DNA from: Candidatus Dormiibacterota bacterium
Lineage (GTDB): Bacteria; Chloroflexota; Dormibacteria; Aeolococcales; Aeolococcaceae
DNA length: 64,000 nt
NCBI GenBank assembly: GCA_963709585.1
Contig: CAVPXI010000007.1
Span: 64,001-128,000, forward strand
Reading direction: 5' to 3'
Position numbers and translations under genes: made by a program. Positions 20,140-30,215 of the stretch are shown here, piece after piece. The notes under the pieces were generated by a model. The model saw only the letters and a list, made by a program, of their open reading frames with translations. It was not told the origin of the DNA and searched no databases. Each line of letters begins with the position of its first letter. Position 1 is the stretch's first letter.

Positions 20140-21053
20140 GGGTCAACCTCGGCATCAACAACTGCTTCGCCCTGAAACGCTGGCCGCGCCCCGCTGACTG
20201 GGCGTCGGTCGTTCGCAATGACCTCGGGTTGGATCTCGTCGAGCTGTCACTCGACCTCATCGAGGGCATCGAGACCTTCGCCGGCGGCCGAGATGCCGTC
20301 GAACGTCACCGCGCTGCTCTCGACGCCAACCGGCTGGCGGCCCACGCCACCTTCACCGGCTTGTCGGCGTACTCGCTCGACCTCCTCATGCACCCCGACC
20401 AGGGGCGGCGTGAAGCGGCGCTGCAGTGGTACCGCGGCATCATCGATCTCACCGCGGCGCTGGGAGCCCGGGCCACCGGGGGGCACGTCGGAGCGATGAG
20501 CGTCCCGGACTGGAGTATTCCCGAGCGCCGAGCCGAACGCTGGGACGGTCTGAAGCGGGACCTCGAGACCATCGCCGCTCATGCAACCGCGGTGGGGCTC
20601 GAATACCTCCTCGTCGAAAATCTGGTGGCAGTGCGCGAGCCGTCGACGATGGCGCAGGTCGAGGATCTGCTCACCGACGGCGATCGCGAGCACGCCCCGT
20701 GGCGGCTCTGCCTCGACGTCGGCCACCAGTGCGTGCCCGGAACCGAAGGCGCCGAGCGCGATCCATACGCCTGGCTGCAGCACTTCGGGAGCCGGCTCGT
20801 GGAGGTGCAGTTGCAGCAGTCGGACGGGATCGCCGATCACCACTGGGCTTTCACCGCGGAGCACAACGCCACCGGGCGCATCGACCCGGCACGAGTCCTC
20901 GAGACCCTGGAAACCGCCGGCGCCGGGACCGTCGACCTGATCTTCGAGATCATTCCCGGTTGGGAGGATCCTGACGATCGGGTCATAGCAGACCTGCTTT
21001 CCTCGGTCGATCAGTGGCGCGGAGCGATCAACGCTCGCGGCCTCGGGGGTTAG
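20136..21053 (+). CDS. Sugar-phosphate isomerase/epimerase TIM barrel, EryC (D-erythrulose 1-phosphate 3-epimerase)-like
   Basis: HPD..R...W, GLEYLLVE, CLDVGH, DPYAW, QQSDG..DHHWAFTAEHNATGRIDP parallel my recollection of EryC; ATGA overlap with the kinase. Confidence 0.75.
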   Translation: MRVNLGINNCFALKRWPRPADWASVVRNDLGLDLVELSLDLIEGIETFAGGRDAVERHRAALDANRLAAHATFTGLSAYSLDLLMHPDQGRREAALQWYRGIIDLTAALGARATGGHVGAMSVPDWSIPERRAERWDGLKRDLETIAAHATAVGLEYLLVENLVAVREPSTMAQVEDLLTDGDREHAPWRLCLDVGHQCVPGTEGAERDPYAWLQHFGSRLVEVQLQQSDGIADHHWAFTAEHNATGRIDPARVLETLETAGAGTVDLIFEIIPGWEDPDDRVIADLLSSVDQWRGAINARGLGG

Positions 21054-21057
21054 GCGG

Positions 21058-21867
21058 ATGCCCCTCGTCCACGCCAACGGCCTCGACATCCACTACCGCA
21101 TCAGCGGGGAGAGTTCCGAGACCGTCGTGCTCGTCAACGGCGTGGGTGACGACCTCGAGTGCTGGACGATGCAGGTCGCTCCCCTCGTGGCCGCAGGTCT
21201 ACGCGTGATCACCTTCGACAACCGCGGTGTCGGGCGCACGTCGCTGCCGCCCGGCCCGTACTCGAGCCGCGAGATGGCCGCGGACACCAAGGCTCTCGCC
21301 GACGCGCTCGGGCTGGCGTCCTTCCACCTGGTCGGCGTCTCCCTCGGCGGCCTGATCGCCCAGGAATATGCACTGTCCTACCCCTCGGATCTCCGCTCGG
21401 TCGTGCTCGCGAACGCCTACGCCCGGCCCGACGCCTATACGCGGGCTGCCTTCGACGCCTGGAGGCAGATCGCCGAAGCCGGCGGGATGCCGTTGATGAT
21501 GCGCCAGCAGGCCCCCTGGGTTTTCAGCCCAGCCTTCTTCGAGGCACAGCCCGAGCGGCTCGCGACCATCGTCGCCGAGGCGGAGCAGAGCACCCAGCCG
21601 GCCGGGTCGTTTTCGGCGCAGATCGCCGCGCTCGCCACCCACGACTGCGCGGACCGTCTCGGTGCGCTGCACACCCCGGCGCTGGTGATCGCAGCCGACG
21701 ACGACATCGTCATCCGGCTGTCGCTCTCCCACCGTTTGTTCGAGGAACTGCCGCGCGGGTCCTGGGCAATCGTCCCCGGAGGACATGCGGCTTTCGTGGA
21801 GAATCCCGACCCGTGGAATCAAGCCGTCATTGCATTCATTGATCGGCACCGCGCAACGGTGCACTGA
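21058..21867 (+). CDS. Alpha/beta fold hydrolase
   Basis: FDNRGVG, GVSLGG, PGGH. Confidence 0.85.
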   Translation: MPLVHANGLDIHYRISGESSETVVLVNGVGDDLECWTMQVAPLVAAGLRVITFDNRGVGRTSLPPGPYSSREMAADTKALADALGLASFHLVGVSLGGLIAQEYALSYPSDLRSVVLANAYARPDAYTRAAFDAWRQIAEAGGMPLMMRQQAPWVFSPAFFEAQPERLATIVAEAEQSTQPAGSFSAQIAALATHDCADRLGALHTPALVIAADDDIVIRLSLSHRLFEELPRGSWAIVPGGHAAFVENPDPWNQAVIAFIDRHRATVH

Positions 21868-21876
21868 GGAGATGGG

Positions 21877-22692
21877 ATGAACCTGTCGCTGGCCCAGCGA
21901 TTCGGAACCCCGAAGCCGGTGATCGCGATGCTCCACTTCCCGGGGCTGCCCGGGCGGCCGCGTCACAACCGCGAGCTCGGAAGGAGCCACCTCGTCGAAG
22001 TGGTCGGCCGCGACCTCGAGACCCTCCAGGGGGCCGGCGTCGACGGCGTGCTCTTCTGCAATGAGAACGACATCCCCTATCAGCTGGTGGTCGGGCCGGA
22101 GATTCCCGCGGCGATGGCCGCGGTGATCGGCGAGCTGCGTGCGTCGGTGCGCGTCCCCTTCGGGGTCAACATCCTCTGGGACGCGAAGTCGAGCCTCGCG
22201 CTTGCTCGAGCCACGGGGGCGTCCTTCGTTCGAGAAGTCCTCACCGGCGTGTACGAGAGTGACCTCGGGGTCATCGCACCCGCCATCGGAGATCTCGCCG
22301 GCTATCGCACCGCGATCGGAGCCGATGACGTCGCCTTCTTCGACAACATCTCGCCGGAGTTCAGCAGCGCCCTGGGCACCCGTGGCATCGGCGATCGCGC
22401 CCGTAGCGCCGCGTTCCTCGGGGTGGACGCGATCCTCATCTCCGGGCCGGCGGCCGGGGTTTCGTTCACGATGAGCGACCTGAGAACCGCCAAGGACGCG
22501 GTGCCCGACATGCCGGTCTTCGCGAACACCGGCGTCAACGCGGAACGGCTCGACGAGATCCTCGCCGTCGCCGACGGGGTCATCGTGGGCACGAGCCTGA
22601 AGGTCAACGGCGACACATGGAGCCGGGTCGATCCAGCACGCGCGGAGCGCCTCATGGACGCCGCTCGCGCGATACGCTCGAAGGGATCCTGA
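21877..22692 (+). CDS. BtpA/SgcQ-family protein (copy 2)
   Basis: KPVIAMLHFPGLPGRP, FCNENDIPY, FVREVLTG, ANTGV, VGTSLK. Confidence 0.88.
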   Translation: MNLSLAQRFGTPKPVIAMLHFPGLPGRPRHNRELGRSHLVEVVGRDLETLQGAGVDGVLFCNENDIPYQLVVGPEIPAAMAAVIGELRASVRVPFGVNILWDAKSSLALARATGASFVREVLTGVYESDLGVIAPAIGDLAGYRTAIGADDVAFFDNISPEFSSALGTRGIGDRARSAAFLGVDAILISGPAAGVSFTMSDLRTAKDAVPDMPVFANTGVNAERLDEILAVADGVIVGTSLKVNGDTWSRVDPARAERLMDAARAIRSKGS

Positions 22693-22735
22693 GCAGACGA
22701 CGTCGCGATGGTCCAATCCATGAGATGAGGAGCGT

Positions 22736-24442
22736 GTGAGGATGGAATTCAGAGCCGCCCGCGACTTCCTGCTCTCGCATCGGGGGGATTACGAGACGGC
22801 CTACGCCGGCTTTCAATGGCCGCACCCCGAGACCTTCAACTGGGCTCTCGACTGGTTCGACGCCATCGCCGCCGGCAACGACCGGCCGGCGCTCTGGATC
22901 GTCGATGACGACGACACCGAGACACGGCTGTCGTTCGCCGAGCTGACCGCCCGCTCCAACGCTCTCGCCACATGGCTGCGCGACCAGGGCGTGCGTCGCG
23001 GCGACCGAACCCTGCTCATGCTCGGCAACCGCGCCGCGCTGTGGGAGTGCATCCTCGCGCTGACCAAACTGGGCGCGGTGATGATTCCATCGACCACCCT
23101 GCTCACCCCGTCCGACATCGCCGATCGGGTCGAGCGCGGCCACGTCGCGCACGTCATCGTCGAGTCCGCGCAGACGGGTCACTTCGCGCAGATCACCGGC
23201 GCGTTCACCCGTATCGCCGTGGGTGAGGCGGTCGATGGATGGCTCCGGTACGACGATTTCAAGACCGGCGAGAGCGGGTTCACGCCCGACGGGCCGACAC
23301 CGGCGAGCGATCCGCTCTTCCTGTACTTCACGTCCGGGACGACGGCGCAGCCGAAGCTGGTCGAGCACACCCATGTGAGCTATCCGGTGGGCCATCTCTC
23401 GACGATGTACTGGCTCGGTCTGCAGCCCGGCGATGTGCACCTCAACATCTCGTCACCGGGCTGGGCGAAGCACGCGTGGAGCAACGTCTTCGCGCCGTGG
23501 AATGCCGAGGCGACCGTCCTGATCCTCAACTCCGCGCGCTTTTCCGCGCGACGCCTGCTCGAGACGCTGACGCGATGCTCGGTGACGAGCCTGTGCGCTC
23601 CCCCGACGGTCTGGCGGATGGTCATCCAGGAGGACCTCCAGGCCTGGCACCCGCCGCTGCGCGAAGTGCTCAGCGCCGGCGAGCCGCTCAACCCGGAGGT
23701 CATCGAGCAGGTACGACGAGCATGGGACCTCATCATTCGCGACGGGTACGGTCAGACCGAGACCACCGCACAGATCGCCAACACGACGGGACAGCCGGTC
23801 AAGCCGGGCTCGATGGGCCGGCCGCTCCCCGGGTATGTGATCGATCTCATCGATCCGGCGAGCGGCGCCCACGGTGCGACCGGTGAGATCTGCATCGATC
23901 TCGCACGCCGACCGCTGGCGCTGATGGTCGGGTATCGCGACGACAGCGAGCACACCGCCGAAGTGATGCGCGACGGCTTCTATCACACCGGGGACGTCGC
24001 ATCCCGCGACGGCGACGGGTACATCACCTACGTCGGCCGGTCCGACGACGTCTTCAAGTCGTCGGACTATCGCATCTCCCCGTTCGAGCTCGAGAGCGTG
24101 CTCATCGAGCATCCGGCGGTGGCAGAAGCAGCCGTGGTGCCGTCACCGGATCCTGTGCGTCTTTCGGTTCCGAAGGCATTCATCGCCGTCGGCGGCGGGT
24201 ACGTTGCGTCGGAGGAGGTCGCACGCTCGATCTTCGAGCATTCACAGGCCAACCTTGCCGCCTACAAGCGCATCCGACGGCTGGAGTTCGCAGAGCTGCC
24301 CAAGACCATCTCAGGGAAGATCCGCCGCGTCGATCTGCGCGCGAAGGAGCTTACGCTGCGTAAGCAGACGGAGCGCGCACGCGCAGAGAACGAGTACTGG
24401 GAAGAGGATTTTCCCGATCTGCGAACGGCGCCGACGCGCTGA
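22736..24442 (+). CDS. AMP-binding short/medium-chain acyl-CoA synthetase
   Basis: YFTSGTT, SAGEPLNP, DGYGQTET, TGD, GRSDDVFK, PKTISGKIRR. Confidence 0.92.
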   Translation: MRMEFRAARDFLLSHRGDYETAYAGFQWPHPETFNWALDWFDAIAAGNDRPALWIVDDDDTETRLSFAELTARSNALATWLRDQGVRRGDRTLLMLGNRAALWECILALTKLGAVMIPSTTLLTPSDIADRVERGHVAHVIVESAQTGHFAQITGAFTRIAVGEAVDGWLRYDDFKTGESGFTPDGPTPASDPLFLYFTSGTTAQPKLVEHTHVSYPVGHLSTMYWLGLQPGDVHLNISSPGWAKHAWSNVFAPWNAEATVLILNSARFSARRLLETLTRCSVTSLCAPPTVWRMVIQEDLQAWHPPLREVLSAGEPLNPEVIEQVRRAWDLIIRDGYGQTETTAQIANTTGQPVKPGSMGRPLPGYVIDLIDPASGAHGATGEICIDLARRPLALMVGYRDDSEHTAEVMRDGFYHTGDVASRDGDGYITYVGRSDDVFKSSDYRISPFELESVLIEHPAVAEAAVVPSPDPVRLSVPKAFIAVGGGYVASEEVARSIFEHSQANLAAYKRIRRLEFAELPKTISGKIRRVDLRAKELTLRKQTERARAENEYWEEDFPDLRTAPTR

Positions 24443-24471
24443 TCCGATGCTGGATCGGGCGGATACGCAGG

Positions 24472-24931
24472 TCAGACGTAGAAGCGATACAGCCCCTGTG
24501 CGATGCAGCACGGCTTCTCGGCACCTTCACGCTCGATCACGAAGTCCACAACAATCTGCAGACTGCCGTCGGTGACGGTCTCGACCGACACGAGCGTCGC
24601 GCCGGTGCGGATCAGCGAGCCAACCGGAACCGGGGAAACAAACCGCACCTTGTTCAACCCGTAGTTGATGCCCAGGCGCACGCCCTCGAAATGCAGGATC
24701 TCGCTCCACATCGGGACGAGCAACGAAAGCGTGAGGAATCCATGCGCGATGGTGGTGCCGAACGGTCCCGCCGCCGCGCGCTCCGCGTCGACATGAATCC
24801 ACTGATGGTCGTCGGTCGCGTCGGCGAATGCGTTGATCTGCTCCTGGGTGATCTCGCGCCACTCGCAATACCCGAGGTGTTTGCCGGTCAGGGCCGTCAA
24901 CTCGGCGACGCTCGCGACGGTCGTGGTCACG
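24472..24931 (-). CDS. MaoC-family dehydratase
   Basis: FADATDDHQWIHVD, TIAHGFLTLS, NYGLNKVRF. Confidence 0.9.
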
Positions 24932-24966
24932 GTGTTCTCCTCAGTCCCAACTCGTTCTGGCATGCG

Positions 24967-25371
24967 TCAGTCGCGCGTCAGGATGACCACCGGAATCTCC
25001 CGCTCGGTGCGCTGCTGGTATTGATCGTAGTCCGGCCAGACCGCGGTCATCGTCTTCCACAGCTCCGGTTTCTCCTCGGCCGTCGCCGTCCGCGCGTGGG
25101 CGGCAAAGCGATCTGCCTTGACCTGGACCTGAACTTCGGGGTCTGCCGCCAGGTTCACGTACCACGCGGGTGGTGCGGGAGCTCCGCCCTTGGAGCCGAC
25201 GACCAGGTAGTCGTCACCGTGACGTCCGAAGATGAGCGCATTGCTGCGCATCGCACCGGACTTGCGCCCCTTGGTGGTGAGGATCAGGATCTCGACGCCG
25301 TCGCGCCAGCTGTACCCTTCTTCGCCGTTGGTCTCGACATATCGATCGACGTGCTCTCTGCCGTACAGCAT
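24967..25371 (-). CDS. Deazaflavin (F420)-dependent nitroreductase-family oxidoreductase (Ddn/FDOR-A)
   Basis: LTTKGRKSG, VVGSKGGAP..PAWYVNL, YDQYQQRTEREIPVV. Confidence 0.9.
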   Translation of the reverse strand: MLYGREHVDRYVETNGEEGYSWRDGVEILILTTKGRKSGAMRSNALIFGRHGDDYLVVGSKGGAPAPPAWYVNLAADPEVQVQVKADRFAAHARTATAEEKPELWKTMTAVWPDYDQYQQRTEREIPVVILTRD

Positions 25372-25492
25372 CCATGATCTCCAGAGGTGCGATTGTCTCC
25401 GACGCCGGGAAGCGCTCCTTCGAGTGTAATTTACCGGTGCACTTCGAAGACCCGCGGTCCTCGCGACCCCGCGCGACCAGGTCCGTCTGAGC

Positions 25493-26509
25493 ATGGGAGC
25501 GAGAACCGGCGGTCTCATCGGGCGGATGGGGCCCTTGGCGGTGGCCATCGCCGCCGCGATGTGGGCGACCGATCCCTACTTCCGCCCCGCGCTGACGAAA
25601 CAACTGACGGCGAGCCAGATCGTGTTCGTCGAGTCACTGCTCATCGCGCTGTGCTTCCTTCCCGTTGCCGGGCGGGTCCGCCGAGAGTTGCGCCATCTCC
25701 CCCTCCGCCAGTGGATCGCCATGGGCATCATCGCGCTCGGCGCGCAGGCCTTCGCGACAGTGCTCTTCACCCAGGCGCTGAGCTATGCATTCCCCGCGCG
25801 CGCCGCTCCGGATTTCAACGTCGAGAACGAGGTTTATCTCCTCTACATGCTGCAGCCGGTGTTCGGCATCGCCATGGCGCGCATCTTCCTCAAGGAGCGG
25901 CGCAAGCCATACTTCTGGCCCCTGGCGGCCTGCGCGATGGTGGGGGTCTATCTGATCGTGTTTCCGCAGAACCCGCTGGCTCCGTTCTCCTCGGTGCAGC
26001 ATGGTCAATTGCTCGCTGCGGTATTGATTCTCGGCGCCGTTATCCTCTGGGCCTCGGGGACGGTGTTCGGGCGCTACAGCCTCTCCAACGTCTCGTTCGT
26101 CACCACCGCGGCGATGCGTTTTACGCTCGCTCTGCCGGTGCTGCTCGTGCTCATGCTCACCGGGGTCGGCGGGGGGCACCTGGGCGCGTTCACAGTGCAA
26201 CAGATCCCCGGGTTCATCGGAATCGCGCTTATCCCGGGGCTGCTGGCGATGCTGCTGTACTACCGCGCGCTCGCGAGCACCCCTGCATCCATGGCCTCGA
26301 TCGCCGAGCTGGGCTACCCGTGCACCCTTTTTCTGGTCTTCTCGCTGCCGGCTCCAGTCGGACTCGGCCTCCGGCTGTACGGGATCGAGATCGTCGGCGC
26401 GCTGGTGCTCATCGCGGTGGTCACGACGCTGAACCTGCTCAAGGATCGCGACGTCGTCGAGACGCCACGCCGCACCGACGTGACCCTGGCCGCTGAAGGG
26501 AGCCGGTAG
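25493..26509 (+). CDS. DMT/EamA-family transporter
   Basis: About ten hydrophobic helices, LQPVF..ARIFLKER, WASGTVFGR, LYYRAL. Confidence 0.85.
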   Translation: MGARTGGLIGRMGPLAVAIAAAMWATDPYFRPALTKQLTASQIVFVESLLIALCFLPVAGRVRRELRHLPLRQWIAMGIIALGAQAFATVLFTQALSYAFPARAAPDFNVENEVYLLYMLQPVFGIAMARIFLKERRKPYFWPLAACAMVGVYLIVFPQNPLAPFSSVQHGQLLAAVLILGAVILWASGTVFGRYSLSNVSFVTTAAMRFTLALPVLLVLMLTGVGGGHLGAFTVQQIPGFIGIALIPGLLAMLLYYRALASTPASMASIAELGYPCTLFLVFSLPAPVGLGLRLYGIEIVGALVLIAVVTTLNLLKDRDVVETPRRTDVTLAAEGSR

Positions 26510-26515
26510 CACCCG

Positions 26516-27121
26516 ATGCCACCGTCGTTCTGGATCGTCGTGCTGATCAAGGACTTCACGACCGCGAAGAGCCGGCTGGCACCGGTCCTGGGGCCTGTGC
26601 CCCGTCGCCGGCTGGCCGAGATGACCGCGGCGCGTGCGCTGGATGCGGCACGGGCGCTGGCACCGACGCTCGCCGTCTGCGGATCGGAGGAAGCCGCCGG
26701 CCTCGCCCGCCTCCGGGGCGCGGCCCTCGTCGTGGAGCCCTCGCCGAGCGGGCAGAACCAGGCGGCCACGCGCGGTCTCGTCGAGGTCATGCAGCGCGGC
26801 GCGGCGGCGGCGCTGCTCCTGAGCTCTGATCTTCCGCTCGTCGACGAAGCAGCGCTGCGCCGGCTCCTGGCTCACACGGACGCTCCCGGAGGCCTCGTGG
26901 TCGCCGCTCCGGCGGACGGCCGCCAGGGGACGAACGCGCTCTATCTGCGCCCGCCCGGCGACTTCTCCCTTCACTTCGGAGCAGCCTCGCTGCCGAAGTT
27001 CGCTGAGGAAGCCCGGCTGCGCGGCCGTAGGTTCATCGTCCACGATGACCCACGCCTCGCGCTCGATCTTGACGAACCGTCAGACCTCTCAGCATGGCGC
27101 CGGCTCGAGCCGACTGGGTGA
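26516..27121 (+). CDS. cofC: 2-phospho-L-lactate/PEP guanylyltransferase
   Basis: IKDFTTAKSRLAP, SDLPL, GTNAL, FG..S, LDLDEPSDL. Confidence 0.88.
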   Translation: MPPSFWIVVLIKDFTTAKSRLAPVLGPVPRRRLAEMTAARALDAARALAPTLAVCGSEEAAGLARLRGAALVVEPSPSGQNQAATRGLVEVMQRGAAAALLLSSDLPLVDEAALRRLLAHTDAPGGLVVAAPADGRQGTNALYLRPPGDFSLHFGAASLPKFAEEARLRGRRFIVHDDPRLALDLDEPSDLSAWRRLEPTG

Positions 27122-27856
27122 ACCTCGAGCTGCGCGGCGTCGAAGGACTCCCCGAGATCCGCCCCGGCGACGACCTTGCGGCGCTCATCGTCCAGAATTC
27201 CGGGCCAATCCGTGGCGGCGATGTCGTCGTCGTGGCCCAGAAGGTGGTCTCCAAAGCGGAAGGCCGGATTCGCAGCCTCGCGGATGTCACGCCATCGGAG
27301 CGCGCGATCGCACTCGCGCGTAAGCTCGACGCGGATCCCCGCATGGTCCAGGTGATCCTCGACGAGACCACCAGTGTGGTGCGCGACGACCGCGTGCTGA
27401 TCGTCGAGACCCACCAGGGATTCGTCTGCGCCAACGCGGGCGTCGACCGGTCGAACGTCGACGGGGAGGACGACGTCTCCCTGCTTCCCGTCGATTGCGA
27501 CGCCAGCGCGCGTGCGCTTCGTGATCGGATCCACGCGCTGGCAGGCGTGCACGCCGGGGTGATCGTCAGCGACACCTTCGGGCGCGCGTGGCGGATGGGG
27601 CTTGTCAACGTGGCGCTCGGCGTCGCGGGGATACCGGCGATGATCGACTACCGCGGCCGGCCGGACGACTTCGGGATGCCGTTGCAGGCGACGCTGGTGG
27701 CGATCGCCGACGAGCTGGCGGCCGCCGCCGAGCTGCTGATGGGCAAGAACTCGACGCGTTCCCGCGGTCATCGTGCACGGACTCGATGAGCTCGACGCGG
27801 CGCCGGGCACCGGTCAGGAGTTGGTGCGCCCAACTGAGCTGGACCTCTTCCGGTGA
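27118..27856 (+). CDS. cofE: Coenzyme F420-0:L-glutamate ligase, apparent frameshift near 27749
   Basis: GLPEIRPGDDL, QKVVSKAEGR, CANAGVDRSN, SDTFGRAWRMG; corrected frame ends ELDLFR at a GTGA overlap with cofD. Confidence 0.88.
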
Positions 27857-28779
27857 GGGTGGCGCTGCTCTCGGGAGGCACAGGGGGCGCGCGGCTCGCA
27901 ACCGGCCTGGCGGCGGTGCTCTCACCCGACGAACTGTCCATCGTGGCCAACACCGCCGACGACGACGAGTTCTGGGGTCTGCTCGTGAGCCCTGACGTCG
28001 ACGCGATCCTCTACCGGCTCGCCGGCATCTTCAACGAAGCGACCGGATTTGGCGTGCGCGACGACACGTTTCACGCGCAGGCGATGCTCGGGAACCTTGG
28101 CGAGCAGACGTGGTTCCAACTCGGAGACCGGGATATCGGCATGCACCTGCTCCGGGCCACGCTGCTGCGTGGTGGGCAGCGTCTGGCAGAGGCGGTGGCG
28201 CATCTGGCTCGGAGCTTCGGCATCAGGGTGCGGGTGATCCCGATGAGCGACGACCCAGTGCGCACCCGGATCCTCACCGATTCCGGCGAGCTGAGCATGC
28301 AGGAGTGGTTCGTGGGACAGCGGTGCCGGCCGGCGGTACGCGGGATGCGCCTCGCGGGGATCGAATCGGCGCGCCCCGCGCCGGAAGCCGTCGACGCTGT
28401 CGCCAACGCCGAGGTCGTGATCATCGGACCGTCGAATCCACTCCTGAGCGTCGATCCCATCCTCGCCGTCCTCGGCAAGGAGCTCCACCGGGAGCGCGTT
28501 GCCGTGGTCTCCCCGGTGGTCGGCGGCCGGTCGCTGAAAGGACCGACCGTGGACATGCTCCGGCAGATGGGCGAGGAGGCGAGCGCCCTGGGTGTGGCCC
28601 GCCGCTACGCCGGCATCGCAGCCACCATGGTCATCGACCGCGATGACGGGGCATTGGCCGAGCCGATCCGGGCGTTGGGAATGCGCCCGCTGGTCGAGGA
28701 CACGGTGATGGACGGCGCGCAGGGCGAGCGGCGTCTGGCGGCGTCGCTGCTCCGCGCCCTAGACATCCCACGGGGATAA
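27853..28779 (+). CDS. cofD: 2-phospho-L-lactate transferase; last codons supplied by the IS end
   Basis: LSGGTGGA, NTADD, SPDVD, WFQLGDRD, PMSDDPVRT, GPSNP, SLKGPT. Confidence 0.92.
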   Translation: MRVALLSGGTGGARLATGLAAVLSPDELSIVANTADDDEFWGLLVSPDVDAILYRLAGIFNEATGFGVRDDTFHAQAMLGNLGEQTWFQLGDRDIGMHLLRATLLRGGQRLAEAVAHLARSFGIRVRVIPMSDDPVRTRILTDSGELSMQEWFVGQRCRPAVRGMRLAGIESARPAPEAVDAVANAEVVIIGPSNPLLSVDPILAVLGKELHRERVAVVSPVVGGRSLKGPTVDMLRQMGEEASALGVARRYAGIAATMVIDRDDGALAEPIRALGMRPLVEDTVMDGAQGERRLAASLLRALDIPRG

Positions 28780-28783
28780 GTCG

Positions 28784-29998
28784 TCAAGCAGCAGCCTGAC
28801 GGATGGGTGGCCAGGCCACGCGTTCGGAGTAGCAGCAGCGATGTTCGAGACAGCCGTGGAGGATGCCGACGAGACGGTTGGCGAGGGCACGCAGCGCCTG
28901 ATGGTGGGTGTGGCCGCGGGCACGATGAGCCGCGTAATAGGCACGTGCGCCCGCTGAATGCGTCAGGGTGCAGAAGGCCCACAGGTAGAGCGCATCGGCG
29001 AGACGGCGGTTGCGCGTCACACGCGCCAGGACCACCGACCGAGTGCCTGAGGCACGAGTGATCGGAGCGCTGCCGGCATAGCAGCGTCGCGCTCTGGCAT
29101 TCTCATAGCGGGTCCGGTCGTCACCGAACTCCGCCAAGACCCGGGCGCCGAGGATCACACCAAGTCCGGGCAGACTGCGCAGGATCTCGGCGTCCGGGTG
29201 ATCTTCAAAAGCCTCGGCAAGCTCGGCCTCGAGGGTGGCGATCTGCGCATTGAACTCGCTGATCACGCGCACCATGGCCAGCACCGAGCTGCCATACGCC
29301 CTGGCGAGCAGCGGCGGCGGCGCCAGTTGCGGCGCACGCAGTGCGCGTTGCAAGGCCGCAGCGCGGGGGGCGATCCCGCGACGGCGCCCGCTACGCGCCA
29401 GCACCACCCGGAGCTGGTTGAAAGTCAGCCGCCGTCCTTGCTCGGGCGTGGGTGCTCGGCTGAGCAACGCCAGTGCGTCCCGACCGGCCAACTCCGTGCC
29501 CAGCGCGTCCAGTGCAGCGGGATAGAACTCCCGCAGCGCGCTGCGCAGCTGATTGGCATGCCGGACGCGCGCCCACACCAACGTCTGATGGGTGCGGGCG
29601 AGCACTTTCAGACTCTCCGCGAGCTCGCTGTCGCCCGCCATCGGGCGATGGTTCTGGCGATCGGTGCGGACCAACTCGGCCAACACCTTGGCGTCGCCCG
29701 GATCCGACTTCGCCCGCGACACGGTATGGCGATCGCGGTAGCGACTCACCGCGAACGGATTCAGGGCATACACCTGATACCCGGTGGCCACCAACCCTTG
29801 CACCAGCAGACCGCGGTCGGTTTCGATGCCAACCACCACGGTCTCGGGTTTCGAGGTGTGCGCCCCGACCAGCTCATGGATGCGTGCCAGGCCTTCGATC
29901 CCATCGGGGACGCGCGCCTTGTCGAGACGGGCTCCTGCCTCGTCAAGGAGACACACGTCGTGGTGCGCCTCCGCCCAATCGATGCCGAGGTAGACCAT
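28784..29998 (-). CDS. IS110-family DEDD recombinase/transposase
   Basis: GIDWAE (D), GIETD (E), KSDPGDA (D,D), SLPGLG, APITRASG with the conserved Ser, ALRALANRLV; frame intact. Confidence 0.95.
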   Translation of the reverse strand: MVYLGIDWAEAHHDVCLLDEAGARLDKARVPDGIEGLARIHELVGAHTSKPETVVVGIETDRGLLVQGLVATGYQVYALNPFAVSRYRDRHTVSRAKSDPGDAKVLAELVRTDRQNHRPMAGDSELAESLKVLARTHQTLVWARVRHANQLRSALREFYPAALDALGTELAGRDALALLSRAPTPEQGRRLTFNQLRVVLARSGRRRGIAPRAAALQRALRAPQLAPPPLLARAYGSSVLAMVRVISEFNAQIATLEAELAEAFEDHPDAEILRSLPGLGVILGARVLAEFGDDRTRYENARARRCYAGSAPITRASGTRSVVLARVTRNRRLADALYLWAFCTLTHSAGARAYYAAHRARGHTHHQALRALANRLVGILHGCLEHRCCYSERVAWPPIRQAAA

Positions 29999-30039
29999 GT
30001 GGCGCTCCTCCTGTGTGAACGCGACAACGAGCCGGAGGA

Positions 30040-30215
30040 GCATCGCGGCGCCCTAATGGATCAGTGCTCGGGGCACGACATCCCACCGGCCGTCTTGTCT
30101 CCTCGCCAACCGTCGGGGCCACGGTCTAGGCCTGGAGCTCAGCGCTCTGAGTTCGAAGAGTGGTCACCCGCCGGCGGCTCGGGAGCAGCTTGCTCCTCAG
30201 CCGAGCTGCTCGCCA
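30040..30215 (-). ncRNA. Putative bridge RNA (seekRNA) of the IS110 element
   Basis: 5' hairpin 30183-30211; a loop with ACTCT / hairpin / CCTAGA matching the target; a loop with GTGGGATGTC / hairpin / CCATTAG matching the donor junction. Confidence 0.8.

Noticed and set aside
16803-22692. BtpA duplication as an assembly artefact
   Set aside because: The two copies differ throughout at both nucleotide and protein level and have different flanks.
24440-24460. Hairpin between the converging acyl-CoA synthetase and MaoC genes as a terminator
   Set aside because: The stem is short (GATCC..GGATC) and has no U-tract, so it is too weak to call.
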